Assembly: GCA_963725775.1 (NCBI GenBank)
Contig: CAVRZT010000002.1
Location: forward strand, 89,640-153,639
Source of the DNA: an uncultured Actinomycetes bacterium
GTDB taxonomy: Bacteria; Actinomycetota; Acidimicrobiia; IMCC26256; DASPTH01
DNA: 64,000 nt
Direction: 5' to 3'
In this document: positions 10,297 to 20,272 of the stretch, one piece after another
Layout: each line of letters starts with the position of its first letter
How positions within the stretch are numbered: the first letter of the stretch is position 1
Notes under the pieces: generated by a model
Seen by the model: the letters and a program-made list of their open reading frames with translations, nothing else
What the model was told of the DNA's origin: nothing
Databases searched by the model: none
Position numbers and translations under genes: made by a program

Positions 10297-11837
10297 TCAC
10301 CGCGCCTCGCGGTGGGCGTTCGCCTCGGCCCGTTGCGCGGCCGACGGCGCGTCGGCACCCGGCGTGTCGGAGTTGTCGCCACCGCGCACGAGGACCTCGA
10401 TTCGCTTGCCGGAGTCTTCGTCGACGTTGCGCCAGTACTCGAACGCCCGCGCGAGCACGTCGCCGGACACGTCGGCCAGCAGGTGGCTGGCCACCGTGTG
10501 GACGAACCGGTCGCGCTGCTCGTCGTCGAACACCTCGCGGACGAGGGCGCCCGGCTGCGACCAGTCGTCGTCGTCCGCCCTCAGCGTGTAGGCCTCGCGG
10601 ACCATCTCGCCGTCGGACTCCCAGCTGTCGTCGACGACGCCGGTCTCGTCGGCGTAGCCCCGCCCGAAGGAGTTCGGCGCGTACACCGGCTCGTCGCCCG
10701 TGTGCTCGAAGGCCATGGCGCCGTCGAAGGTGTACGTGTTGTGCTCGGTGACGGCCTTGGGCTGGTTCACCGGGAGCTGGTGGTAGTTGACCCCGATGCG
10801 GTACCGGTGGGTGTCGGCGTACGCGAACGCGCGACCGAGGAGCATCTTGTCGGGGGAGAAGCCGATGCCGGGGACGAGCGCCGACGGCTCGAACGCGGCC
10901 TGCTCGATCTCGGCGAAGAAGTTCTCGTAGTTGCGGTCGAGGGTCATGCGGCCGACCTCGACCAACGGGTAGTCGGAGTGCGGCCAGATCTTGGTCAGGT
11001 CGAACGGGTTGATCCGGTACGTGGTGGCGTCCTCGTAGGGCATGAGCTGCACGTGGAGGGTCCAGCTCGGCGCGTCGCCCGATGCGATCGACTCGAACAG
11101 GTCGCGACGGTGGAAGTCGGCGTCTTCGCCGGCGATGATCGACGCGTCGTCGTCGCTCAGGCCTTCGACCCCCTGGTCGGAATGGAAGTGGTACTTCACC
11201 CAGGTCTTCTTGCCGGCCGCGTTGATCCACATGTAGGTGTGCGAGCCGTACCCGTTCATGAACCGCCAGCTGCGCGGGATGCCGCGGTCGCCATGAGATA
11301 GGTCACCTGGTGCGCGGACTCGGGGTTGAGCGTCCAGAAGTCCCACTGCATGTCGTTGTCGCGCAGGCCGGTGCCACGCCGCTTCTGCGAACGGATGAAG
11401 TGCGGGAACTTCATCGTGTCGCGGATGAAGAACACCGGCGTGTTGTTGCCGACGAGGTCGTAGTTGCCCTCGGGCGTGTAGAACTTGAGCGCGAAGCCAC
11501 GGGGGTCGCGCCAGGTGTCGGGGCTGCCCTGCTCACTGGCGACGGTCGAGAAGCGGGCGAGCATCTCGACCGAGCTGCCCCGCTGGAACAGCGCCGCCTT
11601 GGTGTGGTCGCCCATGTCGGCGGTGCAGAGGAACGTGCCGAACGCGCCACCGCCCTTGGCGTGCACGTTGCGCTCGGGCACCCGCTCCCGGTTGAAGTGC
11701 GCCATCTGGTTCAGGAAGTGCACGTCGTGGAGCAGGATCGGGCCGTTGGGCCCGACGGTCAGCGAATTGCGGTCGCTGGGAGCGGGTGAGCCGGTGTCGG
11801 TGGTGGATCCGGTGGGGCGGGCGACGTCGTCGGGCAT
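10297..11837 (-). pseudogene. katA: monofunctional heme catalase, one frame switch
   Basis: Two overlapping ORFs (11837-11256, 11346-10297) join at about 11290 (..[10 protein letters not shown]|[20 protein letters not shown]..). Motifs are [18 protein letters not shown] and the proximal-Tyr region [14 protein letters not shown]. An ATGGGC to ATGGC one-base loss would explain the break. Confidence 0.85.
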
Positions 11838-11962
11838 GGGTCCTCGCTTTGCGCGGTTCGACGGAAGCGGCAGCGGGTGCGCGCAGGTCCCTGGTAGATA
11901 CCCGGGCGGAGATTGTGCAACCCCGTCCGAGATCCGCGCCGGGAGCCCGTAGTCTCCGGAGC

Positions 11963-12079
11963 ATGGCCAAACTGAAGAAGCCGGGTAGCAGCACGACTCC
12001 GCAGGGGAGTCCCGAGGGTCCTCCGGGGAAGAAGCAGAAGGCGAAGGCGCGCAAGAACAAGGGCCGGGGTCGCTCCTAG
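11963..12079 (+). CDS. hypothetical 38-aa Lys-rich basic peptide
   Basis: [42 protein letters not shown] lies immediately upstream. It is divergent from the catalase gene. AAG/AAA Lys codons are unusual for this sequence. No family is recognised. Confidence 0.3.
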   Translation: MAKLKKPGSSTTPQGSPEGPPGKKQKAKARKNKGRGRS

Positions 12080-12094
12080 GCCGACCGACGGCGT

Positions 12095-13162
12095 TCAGTC
12101 GTTCCAGAGCTTCACGATCACGCGCCCGACGGTCTCACGATTGGCCATCCGGGTGATGGCGGCCGGCACGTCGTCGAATCCGACCACCTCGCCGACCACG
12201 GCGCGCACGCGACCCGCGCGGACCAGATCGACCACACCGCGGGTGATCTCGGCCCCGAGCGCGTCGGACGGCAGGTTCCAGCCGAGGAGATCCTTCATCA
12301 TCTTCTGGCGGTCGGCGTCGGCGTACGACAGCATCACCCCGCACAGCTTGAAGTTCCCGAGCGCGATGCGACGGGGCACGATCGACGCCTCGTCGACCAC
12401 GGTCTTGTCGGACGCGAAGCCCATCATCAGGTAGTGCCCGTTGTAGGCCAGCGCCTTGAACGAGTCCTCCATCACCGCGGCGCCGACGTTGTCGTACACG
12501 ACGTCGACGCCCCTGCCCCCGGTCTGCTCGAGGCACACCGGCGCGAACTCGGCGGTCCGGTAGTTCACGACCGTCTGCGCACCCAGGTCGCGGCAGAGCG
12601 GGATCTTCTCGTCGGCGCCGACGGTGGCGATCACCTGCGCGCCGCGGTCGACCGCGAGCTGGATGGCGGCCGATCCGGCGCCCCCCGCCGCCGCGTGGAT
12701 CAACACGGTCTGGCCGGCCTGGAGGCCGGCCCGGTCGTAGAGCCCGAGCCAGGCGAGATGGAACGGGAAGAACAGCGCAGCGGCGTCGGGGAGCGGGATG
12801 TCGTCGGGCATCGCGAAGGTCGAGATCGCCGGGCAGATCGCGTACTCGGCGAAGCCACCGTGGGCCTGCTGCGTGATCGCGACCACCCGCTCGCCGACGA
12901 GTGCCTCGGTGCCCTCGCCGCACGCGACGACGATGCCCATGGTCTCCATACCCGGCGCGTACGGCAGGTCGGGGCGCACCATCATGTTGCCGCCGTTGAT
13001 GCGCTCGAGGTCGTTCAGGTTGAACGGGATCGCGAGCGCGCGCACCAGCACCTCGCCCGGTCCGGGCACGGGGACGTCGACGGTGTCGAGCTTCAGCACG
13101 TCGACCGGCTCGCCGTACTCGTGGGTGCGCCAGGCGCGCATGGTGGTCGGGACGTCGGTCAT
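12095..13162 (-). CDS. MDR family NADPH:quinone oxidoreductase-type zinc-binding dehydrogenase
   Basis: 355 aa from ATG 13162 ([11 protein letters not shown]..). The nucleotide-binding motif is [18 protein letters not shown] overlap with the upstream sulfotransferase. Confidence 0.87.
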   Translation of the reverse strand: MTDVPTTMRAWRTHEYGEPVDVLKLDTVDVPVPGPGEVLVRALAIPFNLNDLERINGGNMMVRPDLPYAPGMETMGIVVACGEGTEALVGERVVAITQQAHGGFAEYAICPAISTFAMPDDIPLPDAAALFFPFHLAWLGLYDRAGLQAGQTVLIHAAAGGAGSAAIQLAVDRGAQVIATVGADEKIPLCRDLGAQTVVNYRTAEFAPVCLEQTGGRGVDVVYDNVGAAVMEDSFKALAYNGHYLMMGFASDKTVVDEASIVPRRIALGNFKLCGVMLSYADADRQKMMKDLLGWNLPSDALGAEITRGVVDLVRAGRVRAVVGEVVGFDDVPAAITRMANRETVGRVIVKLWND

Positions 13163-14352
13163 GCCAGGTCTCCGTCGCCGGCTTCGGGCACGAGCCCGAA
13201 GCGTTCGATATAGGGAGCGAACTCCCGGCGCACGGTCGCGGGATCGACGCCGTACTCCTCGGGCCGGTACCGGTGGATGCCGTCCTTCCCCTTCGGATGA
13301 TCCGCGATGTACGCGCGCATGGCCTCGGCGCCCGCGGCCGACATCGGCAGTTCGAGCGCGTCGTAGATCTTCTCGATCTCGGCGAACTGATCGGCGACGA
13401 AATCGGTGAAGTACATGTCGTAGAACACCGCGTCCGGATACTCGCGGGCAGCGCGCACCGCCATCGTCCGCTCGAGCATCATCTTCAGGCGGGCCGACCA
13501 GTCGGTGGCGATCTCGAACGGATCGACGTCGTCGCTCCCGCGCGACCGCACGAGCGCGGTGAGGCTGGCGTACGAGGTGAGTGATTTCACCGGGTCGCGG
13601 TGCGTGAACACGATCCGCGCGTCGGGGTAGGTCTCGAGCAGCTGCGCGAGGCCCCACATGTGGGCGCCGGTCTTGAGCATCCAGCGGTCGCCCGGCTTGT
13701 GCCACCACAGGTGCTGGAGCTGCATGCGGTGGAAGTCGTAGACCGCCGACCAGTCGGCGCCGGTGTCGACCCAGTCCTCGTAGGTCGGGACGCGCAATTG
13801 GTTGTGGAACAGCGGCGTGCACATCGTCTCGCCCATCATCACGACGCACTCCTGGGAGAGGGTCGCCCCCATCGGGTGCATTGCCTTGAACATCTCGGAC
13901 TGCATGTCGCCGGCCGGGATCGTCGCCTGACACGCCTCGACGCGCGGATCGTCGTTGCCGACCGCGGCTTCGGGCGGCGGCGACGGGAACATCAGCTCCC
14001 ACGTGAGCGGCGCGCGGTTGGCCGGGTCCTGGTTGAGGATGTCGTGCAGAATCGTCGTGCCCGTGCGCGGGAGACCCACGATGAACACCGGTTTCACGAT
14101 CTCGACCTGCGCGATCCCGGGATACCGCTCGCGGTCGCGCACGTACCGCAGGCGGTTGTTCACGTGGAGCAGGATGCGCTCCTCGGCGATGTAGCGACCG
14201 ATGTCATTGAGCCTGCCGTCGCGGTTCAGCGATTCGACGAAGCGGTCGAGTCCCTCGACGAACTCGCCGGGCCCCAACTCCGTGAGACCGCCGGCGCGCT
14301 CGCTGCCCTTGGCGAGCAGCGCGTCGCGGTCGAAGTGCGTCTCAGTGGTCAT
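13159..14352 (-). CDS. sulfotransferase family protein
   Basis: 397 aa. It has the 5'-PSB-like GLPRTGTT and the 3'-PB-like THRDPVKS. It is a paralogue of 21301-22461. Confidence 0.85.
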   Translation of the reverse strand: MTTETHFDRDALLAKGSERAGGLTELGPGEFVEGLDRFVESLNRDGRLNDIGRYIAEERILLHVNNRLRYVRDRERYPGIAQVEIVKPVFIVGLPRTGTTILHDILNQDPANRAPLTWELMFPSPPPEAAVGNDDPRVEACQATIPAGDMQSEMFKAMHPMGATLSQECVVMMGETMCTPLFHNQLRVPTYEDWVDTGADWSAVYDFHRMQLQHLWWHKPGDRWMLKTGAHMWGLAQLLETYPDARIVFTHRDPVKSLTSYASLTALVRSRGSDDVDPFEIATDWSARLKMMLERTMAVRAAREYPDAVFYDMYFTDFVADQFAEIEKIYDALELPMSAAGAEAMRAYIADHPKGKDGIHRYRPEEYGVDPATVRREFAPYIERFGLVPEAGDGDLA

Positions 14353-14430
14353 GGGGCGTGAGGCTACGTCGCACGACTCTCGCGGACGTCTGACCCGGCT
14401 CTGGGCCCGCTCGTACCCCGGGCGCGCACC

Positions 14431-14801
14431 CTGGGCGTCACCACCGGTGCAGCACGCACCGGGGACGACGGGACGGCCCAGGCCGCGGCCGACGCCGACG
14501 TGTCGGTCACCACGATCGCCTATGGCACAGCGGCGGGACCATCACGCTCGACGGCACCACCGTGTCGGCGGCGCCGGACCCGACCACGATGGAGAACGTC
14601 GCCGCGGTCGCGGGTGGCGCCGCGTTCGAGGCGTCGTCGGCCGGCGAGCTGTCGCAGGTGTACGACGACATCCAGGCCGGGTCGGATACCACGAGGAGCA
14701 GACCGAGATCCTGCGCTGGTTTCATCGGCGTGGGCGTGGGCGTGATCGCGCTCGTGGCCGCGGCCGTCGCCTCCATGGTCTGGAACGGACGCTTCCTCTG
14801 A
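14431..14801 (+). pseudogene. 3' remnant of a VWA domain (BatA-like) membrane protein
   Basis: Only the last ~120 codons remain: ..VSVTTIAYGTAAG|TITLDGTTVSAAPDPTTMENVAAVAGGAAFEASSAGELSQVYDDIQAG|GYHEEQTEILRWF|IGVGVGVIALVAAAVASMVWNGRFL. Frame switches lie near 14538, 14680 and 14723. The VWA domain itself is absent and stops occur upstream. Confidence 0.65.
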
Positions 14802-14826
14802 CCCCACCGCGGTACGGTGCCACGGC

Positions 14827-15339
14827 ATGTCGACGTACCACCCCGAGCAGTGGACGGACTTCGCCCTGGCGCAGCTCGGTGCGTCGGCCGCGCTGCTCGG
14901 GCTGGTGTTCGTCGGGTTGTCGATCAACCTCAAGGACGTCATCGGGTCCCGGCAGCTGGTCAACCGCGCGCTCGAAGCGGTGATCGCGCTCGGCAGTGTG
15001 CTGGTGGCGTCGACCGCGGTGCTCATCCCGCACCAGTCCCGCGCGGCGCTGAGCATCGAGCTGCTGGTGATCGCGGTGTTCGTGTTCTCGGTGACGTTCC
15101 GATTGCAGATCGGCGCGGCATCGCAAGTCGCGTCGTCGAGCGAGCACGGACCACCGAGGTCGTCGGTCCAGGTTCGGCGGACGCTCGGGTTGGGCGCACC
15201 GCTGCTGCTCGGGGTCGCGGCGGTGAGCCTCCTCGCGACGGAGGGCGGCGGTCTGTACTGGTGGCCCGCGGCCATCGTGGCGGCCTATCTGGGCGCGCTC
15301 ACCAACGCCTGGGTGCTCATGGTCGAGATCCTGCGGTGA
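14827..15339 (+). CDS. hypothetical integral membrane protein
   Basis: 170 aa with 4-5 hydrophobic helices. No family is recognised. Confidence 0.6.
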   Translation: MSTYHPEQWTDFALAQLGASAALLGLVFVGLSINLKDVIGSRQLVNRALEAVIALGSVLVASTAVLIPHQSRAALSIELLVIAVFVFSVTFRLQIGAASQVASSSEHGPPRSSVQVRRTLGLGAPLLLGVAAVSLLATEGGGLYWWPAAIVAAYLGALTNAWVLMVEILR

Positions 15340-15349
15340 CCGCAGCCGG

Positions 15350-16681
15350 TCACGCGATCGGCAGCACCACGTCGCGGGCTCGCTCCTTCATGGCCGGCGC
15401 GTCCTCAGGGCGCAGCGCGCCTGCGGTGACGAGCCGATCGACCGCGCTGCACCAGCGCGCGGTGTAGGTCGCGCGGTCGGGATAGCGGGCCCGCAGCTCC
15501 TCGTCGGTGAACGGCCGCGCCGCCCCGAACAGTGGTGCGCGTCCGGTACCGAACGCGGCGCCCCGGTACGCACACGTCGGCGCGTCGAGCTCGGGCAGCC
15601 GGATCCCGCCGACCGCGTTCCCGGCGTCGTCGCGGCGGATGGCCGCCGGCCGGCCCGGCTCGATCTCGATGCGCGGTTGTGACGGCACCGGGGTGCCGGA
15701 CGCGAGCCAGTGGTGCACGCCGCGGAGCGCGGCTTCGTGGATCGGCTGGATGCTCAGCCGGTTGACGATCCGACCGCGCGCGTCGGGCTGGTCGTCGCGT
15801 GTGCGGGCCACACCGTGCGGCGTGCCCGCGACCTCCCAGATCCGGAGGTGCTCGGTGTCCTCGACGTCGAGCCCGATGAGATGGGAGGTCTCGAACTCGC
15901 TGTTCACCACGACGATCGGCACGTCGAGGTCGGTGCGGATCGCGGTGCGGACACCCATCGCGATCGCGCCTTCTTCGGGTCGGGGCGCGCGTCCCTCCCA
16001 CACCGAGAGCAGGAACGCATCGAACACCGGAGCGTCGCGGTGGAACGCGTTGACGAAGGTGACGAGTCGCATCGCCGACTGCGAGCCGCCCGCCGCCACG
16101 ACCCGTTGCACGTCGAGCCCGCCGAGCGGATCGATCGAGGTCGACCGCGCCGGGCCGACCGCGAGGCCGGCCTGGAGGAAGATGTCGAACGCGCCCTGGT
16201 CGCCGGGGTGATGCAGCGAGGCGTAGCGCTCGGGGTCGTGCTCGAGGAGTGGGAGCGCGCGGCGGGAGCGGAGCCGGTCCATCCCCGGCGGGTGGCCGTA
16301 CAGGCCGACCTCCTGCGCGCTCACGCCGACCCAGGCGTAGCCCTCGAAGACCTCGCCGTCGGACGGCGCGGGCTGTTCGAACCCGGCGGAGACGTTCTGC
16401 CAGTGCACGACGACGGTGCCGTTGAACCGGTCGGCGCGCTCGGGGCGCACGACGAGCATGCGGGTGCGGTACGGCGCCTCGCCGTACGGCTCGACCTCCC
16501 AACGCCCGTCGACGGTGGCCTCTGTACCGGTCCGCAGCTGATGGCCGCGGAGCGTGCCGTCGAGCCAGAGCTCCTCGACGACGTAGCCGTGCGCGGCGAC
16601 GTCGACCCGGGGTGCGCCCGACGGGGGATTCGCGCCGACGATTGGACCGATGACGGTCGGGGGCGGAACCGCTGCCGTCAC
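15350..16681 (-). CDS. conserved hypothetical protein, alpha/beta-hydrolase-domain-like
   Basis: 443 aa from GTG 16681 (VTAAVPPPTVIG..). The GTGA overlaps the stop of the upstream SDR. The sequence reads coherently throughout (..TVVVHWQNVSAGFEQ..VAAGGSQSA..). The family call is tentative. Confidence 0.65.
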   Translation of the reverse strand: MTAAVPPPTVIGPIVGANPPSGAPRVDVAAHGYVVEELWLDGTLRGHQLRTGTEATVDGRWEVEPYGEAPYRTRMLVVRPERADRFNGTVVVHWQNVSAGFEQPAPSDGEVFEGYAWVGVSAQEVGLYGHPPGMDRLRSRRALPLLEHDPERYASLHHPGDQGAFDIFLQAGLAVGPARSTSIDPLGGLDVQRVVAAGGSQSAMRLVTFVNAFHRDAPVFDAFLLSVWEGRAPRPEEGAIAMGVRTAIRTDLDVPIVVVNSEFETSHLIGLDVEDTEHLRIWEVAGTPHGVARTRDDQPDARGRIVNRLSIQPIHEAALRGVHHWLASGTPVPSQPRIEIEPGRPAAIRRDDAGNAVGGIRLPELDAPTCAYRGAAFGTGRAPLFGAARPFTDEELRARYPDRATYTARWCSAVDRLVTAGALRPEDAPAMKERARDVVLPIA

Positions 16682-17482
16682 CAGGGCATGGTGGAGCCGC
16701 CGTTGGGCCGCATCACGATGCCGGTCACGAACCGGGCGGCCGGTGACGCGAGGTAGAGCGCGGCGAACGCGATGTCGTCGGGTTCGCCGGGGATGCCCAT
16801 GGGCGACAGCTTGGATCGCATCTCGATGTATTCGCGCTGCTTCTCGACGTCGAGGGTGCCGTCGGGGCGAATCGAGTGTCGCTCGTTCATCGGGGTGTCG
16901 ATCCACCCCGGCGCGATCGCGTTCACCCGCACGTGATGCGGTGCGAGCTCCATCGCCAGCGTGCGCGACAGCTGGGCGACCGCAGCCTTGGCCGTCGAGT
17001 AACACACGAGTGACGGGGTCGGCATGTCGATGGCGCCCGAGGCGAGGTTGATGATGGAACCGGACTCCTGTCCCACCATGACCCGGCCGGCGGCCTGGCA
17101 CCCGAAGAACACGCCCTTGAAGTTCACCGCCAGCACGCGGTCGAGGTCCTCTTCGGGGGTGTCGAGGACCATGCCGTCGACGATGATCGCGGCGTTGTTG
17201 ACCATCACGTCGAGGTGGCCGTGCTCGGCAACGGTCGCGGCGACGAGCTCGTCGACGTCGGTGCGCCGGGTGACGTCGAGCGCGGCGCCGCGTGGCGCGG
17301 CCGCCCGCGTCGGTGATCAGCGTCGCGGTGTCCTTCGCCGTGGACTCGACGATGTCGGCGCACACCACGGTCGCGCCTGCCTCGGCGAACCGACTGGAGA
17401 TGGCGCGCCCGAGACCACGCCCGGCGCCGGTGACGATGGCGACCTGGCCGTCGAGTGCGAACGCTTCCGAGATGGTGGTCAT
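16678..17482 (-). pseudogene. SDR family oxidoreductase, one frame switch
   Basis: The N-terminus MTTISEAFALDGQVAIVTGAGRGLG..TDAGGRA joins ..PRGAALDVTRRTDVDELVAATVAEHGHLDVMVNNAAI.. after a switch near 17295. The catalytic motif is YSTAKAA. Confidence 0.8.
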
Positions 17483-17507
17483 GCGGGCGAGCGTACGTCC
17501 GTCGCCC

Positions 17508-18517
17508 TCAGCGTGTCGCCCGTGCCCGCGCGACGGCGCTGCCGAACGCGGCGGCGAGGATCCGGTGGCCGTGATCGCCGGGATGGATCCCGTCGGGCAG
17601 GTCGTCGGCCGAGATCAGATCGCCGCCGGCGACGAGCGTGAGCGCCGCGTCCCCGTCGCGCGATGCGCTCGGCCGCGACGTCCTCCATCGCGCCGCGCAG
17701 GTCGGTGAGCGTCGCGCCGAGCCGGTTGGGTGTGCCCTCGGCGTCGGGGCGCAGGATCGGGCTGGTCACCACGATCGGGGTGTCGGGATGACCGGCGCGC
17801 ACCAGGTCGAGGAACGCCTCGGTCTGGGCGCGGAACATCGCGGTCGAGAACGGGATGCGGCTCCAGCAGTTGGTGCCGTGCGAGATCGAGATGACGTCGG
17901 CGTCGAGCGCGGCGAGCTGCTCGGCCGACGGGATCTCGCCCCGGGCGGATCCGGCGTATCCGAGGTTCACCGCGTCGAGGCCGTAGTGCCGCCCCGCCAC
18001 CGCGGGCCACGCGCCGACCGGTCCGGAAGCGATCCACCCCTCCACGATCGAGTCGCCGTACGCGAGCCAGCGGGGCTGCGCGGGCGCGGGTTCGATCGTG
18101 CCGCCGAACGCGCGCGACTGCCCGCACGATCGGTCGCATGCCTTCCGGCAGGTACACGAGCACGGGCTCCTCGGACCGACGCGTCGTGAGGGCTTCGAGG
18201 TCCAAGCGGGCGGTCCCCGGGCCGAGCCGGGCGGGGAGGTCGGCGACGGCCTCGCCGGCGTGCACGACGGTGAACCCGGTGCCGGCGCCCTCACCGCGGT
18301 AGCCGAAGTCGTCGGTCCGGGTCTCGTAGTCGAGCTCGACGACCTCGGCGTCGCCGACGAGCTCCAGGCGCACGCCGACGGGGAGCCGGGCGGACGCCAC
18401 GGTGTCGCCGGGCAACCGATCCAGATCGGCGGGGTCGGCGCGCGGGTACGGGAAGTCGTCGGTGCCGGACCACGCGCAGCCGCGGACGAACGGGTCCGCA
18501 GGGATCCCCGCCGTCAC
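17508..18517 (-). pseudogene. SGNH/GDSL hydrolase family protein, two frame switches
   Basis: GTG 18517 overlaps the upstream SDR stop (GTGA). Switches lie near 18110 (..GMRPIVRAV|..FGGTIEPAPAQPRWLAYGDSIVEG..) and 17658 (..AAERIAR|DGDAALTLVAGGDLISADDLPDGIHPGDHGH..). SGNH blocks GDS, HGTN and DGIHP are present. Stop is TGA 17508-17510. Confidence 0.75.
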
Positions 18518-19311
18518 AGGTCGGCCGTCGGGTACGGGAACTTCGCCCCCACGCCACCGTCGACCGAGAGGGTCTGACCGGTCACGTAGCCCGCGAGGTC
18601 CGACGCGAGGAAGAGGAGCGCGGCGGCGATGTCGGCCGGCTGTGCGACGCGGCGGAGCGGAGTGTTGGCGATGTTGCGCTCGCGGCCTTCCTCGCCCAGG
18701 AAGGCGGAGACCCGCGGCGTCCACACGACGCCGGGTGCGACGGCGTTCACCCGGATCCCGAACGGCCCGAGCTCGACCGCGCCGGTGCGCACCAGTGACA
18801 TGAGTCCGGCCTTGGCCGCGCCGTACGCCGAGTGCCTCGGCGCCGACGTGATCCCCGAGACCGACGCCACGAACACCATCGCGCCGCCGTGCGCCTGCAT
18901 GGCACGCCCCGCGTACTGCATCGCGAGGAACGCGTGGCGCAACACGATGTCGAAGTGCCAGTCCCAGTCCTCGTCGGTGAGCTCGGTGATGTCGGCGTAG
19001 CGGGCCATGCCGATGATGTCGACGACGCCGTCGATCCCCCCGAGCGCACGGCCGGCGTCGTCGAACATGCGCTCCATGTCGGCGCGGTCGTACGCATTCC
19101 CGGAGAGCGGTACGGCGTCGACCTCGCCGGCGATGTCGGTGGCCAGGTCGGGCTCCTGGTCGACGCAGGCGAGCCGCGCGCCGACCGACGCCAACGCGTG
19201 GGACGCCTGGCGGCCGATGCCCTGGCCGGCACCGAGCACCACGAAGCGTCTGCCGTCGAGGCGCAGGAGCCCGGGATAGTCGGGGACGGGGGTGTCGTCG
19301 GTGCGGGTCAT
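18514..19311 (-). CDS. SDR family oxidoreductase
   Basis: 265 aa. Motifs are GAGQGIG, YGAAKAG and the C-terminal VTGQTLSVDGG. Confidence 0.88.
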   Translation of the reverse strand: MTRTDDTPVPDYPGLLRLDGRRFVVLGAGQGIGRQASHALASVGARLACVDQEPDLATDIAGEVDAVPLSGNAYDRADMERMFDDAGRALGGIDGVVDIIGMARYADITELTDEDWDWHFDIVLRHAFLAMQYAGRAMQAHGGAMVFVASVSGITSAPRHSAYGAAKAGLMSLVRTGAVELGPFGIRVNAVAPGVVWTPRVSAFLGEEGRERNIANTPLRRVAQPADIAAALLFLASDLAGYVTGQTLSVDGGVGAKFPYPTADL

Positions 19312-19346
19312 GCGGCGACGCTATCCGCGCGGTGGAACGGCAAGAG

Positions 19347-19376
19347 TTGACCCTTCCGTCAAGTCGGTCGTACCGT
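19347..19376 (+). promoter_or_regulatory. candidate sigma-70-type promoter giving a leaderless mRNA for the SDR at 19384
   Basis: TTGACC (19347-19352), an 18-nt spacer, then TACCGT (19371-19376). The ATG begins 7 nt after the -10 element and there is no SD sequence. Confidence 0.3.
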
Positions 19377-19383
19377 CGGCGAC

Positions 19384-20181
19384 ATGGATCTGGGAATCTC
19401 GGGCCGGACCACGTTCGTCACCGGCGGGAGCCGGGGGATGGGGCGCCTGGCTGCCGAGATGCTCGCCGCGGAGGGCTGCCGGGTCGCGATCGTCGCGCGC
19501 ACACAGGCCGACATCGACGTCGCGGTCGACGGCATCGTGGCGAAGGGCGGTACCGCGATGGGCGTGGCCGCCGATATCACGAACGCCGACGACGTCGATG
19601 ACGCGGTGCGCCAGGTGACCGACGAGCTCGGCGCGCCGCTCATCGTGATCGGGCAGACGAAGTTCAACATCCCGGGTGACTTCGCCGACATCACCGACCT
19701 CGAGCACTACGTCGAGTCGTTTCGCAGCTACACGATGAGTCAGATCTACCTGCTGCACGCGGTGCTGCCTTCGATGCGGGCGGCGCAGTGGGGTCGCTTC
19801 GTGCACATCGGTTCGGCGACGGCCAAGGAGCCGGTCGGGCACATCCACCACGTCATCGCCAACGCCACCCGACCCTCGACCATCGGGCTGCTCAAGACGG
19901 TCGCCGACGAGTACGCCCGCGACGGCATCACGGTGAACACCGTCGCGCCGGGATGGATCGCCACCGACAACGCCTACCAGTACCTGGAGCAGAACCTCGG
20001 CATCACCACCGAGGCCGGGCGGCGTGAGTTCATGATCGACACCGCGGGCGTCCCGGCGGCGCGGATGGGTGAGCCGTCCGAGATCGCCTCGACGATCGTC
20101 TACCTGTGTTCCGACCAGGCCGGCTACGTGAACGGCGCCTGGCTCGAGGTGGACGGTGGCCACCACCGCTCCGCGTTCTGA
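19384..20181 (+). CDS. SDR family oxidoreductase
   Basis: 265 aa. It has TGGSRGMG and a C-terminal VNGAWLEVDGG. Confidence 0.87.
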   Translation: MDLGISGRTTFVTGGSRGMGRLAAEMLAAEGCRVAIVARTQADIDVAVDGIVAKGGTAMGVAADITNADDVDDAVRQVTDELGAPLIVIGQTKFNIPGDFADITDLEHYVESFRSYTMSQIYLLHAVLPSMRAAQWGRFVHIGSATAKEPVGHIHHVIANATRPSTIGLLKTVADEYARDGITVNTVAPGWIATDNAYQYLEQNLGITTEAGRREFMIDTAGVPAARMGEPSEIASTIVYLCSDQAGYVNGAWLEVDGGHHRSAF

Positions 20182-20205
20182 CCGCGCTGGCACCGGCCGT
20201 CCGGG

Positions 20206-20234
20206 TTGACATAAGGAGGGGTGCTTCATACGCT
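20206..20234 (+). promoter_or_regulatory. candidate sigma-70-type promoter upstream of the MDR-sulfotransferase-SDR genes
   Basis: TTGACA (20206-20211), a 17-nt spacer, then TACGCT (20229-20234). GGAG lies 8 nt before ATG 20273. Confidence 0.35.
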
Positions 20235-20272
20235 CCGCGGTCGTCCGTCCACCCACCCGTCCGGAGACCGAG

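Noticed and set aside
15350-17482. Long single ORFs that look like multidomain fusions: 15350-17482 (710 aa), 56386-58503 (705 aa), 46438-48297 (619 aa), 60451-62856 (801 aa) and 22618-24480 (620 aa).
   Set aside because: Each is a chimera. Genuine gene segments are joined through out-of-frame or antisense read-through because stops are rare. The real gene boundaries have their own starts, RBSs and stop overlaps.
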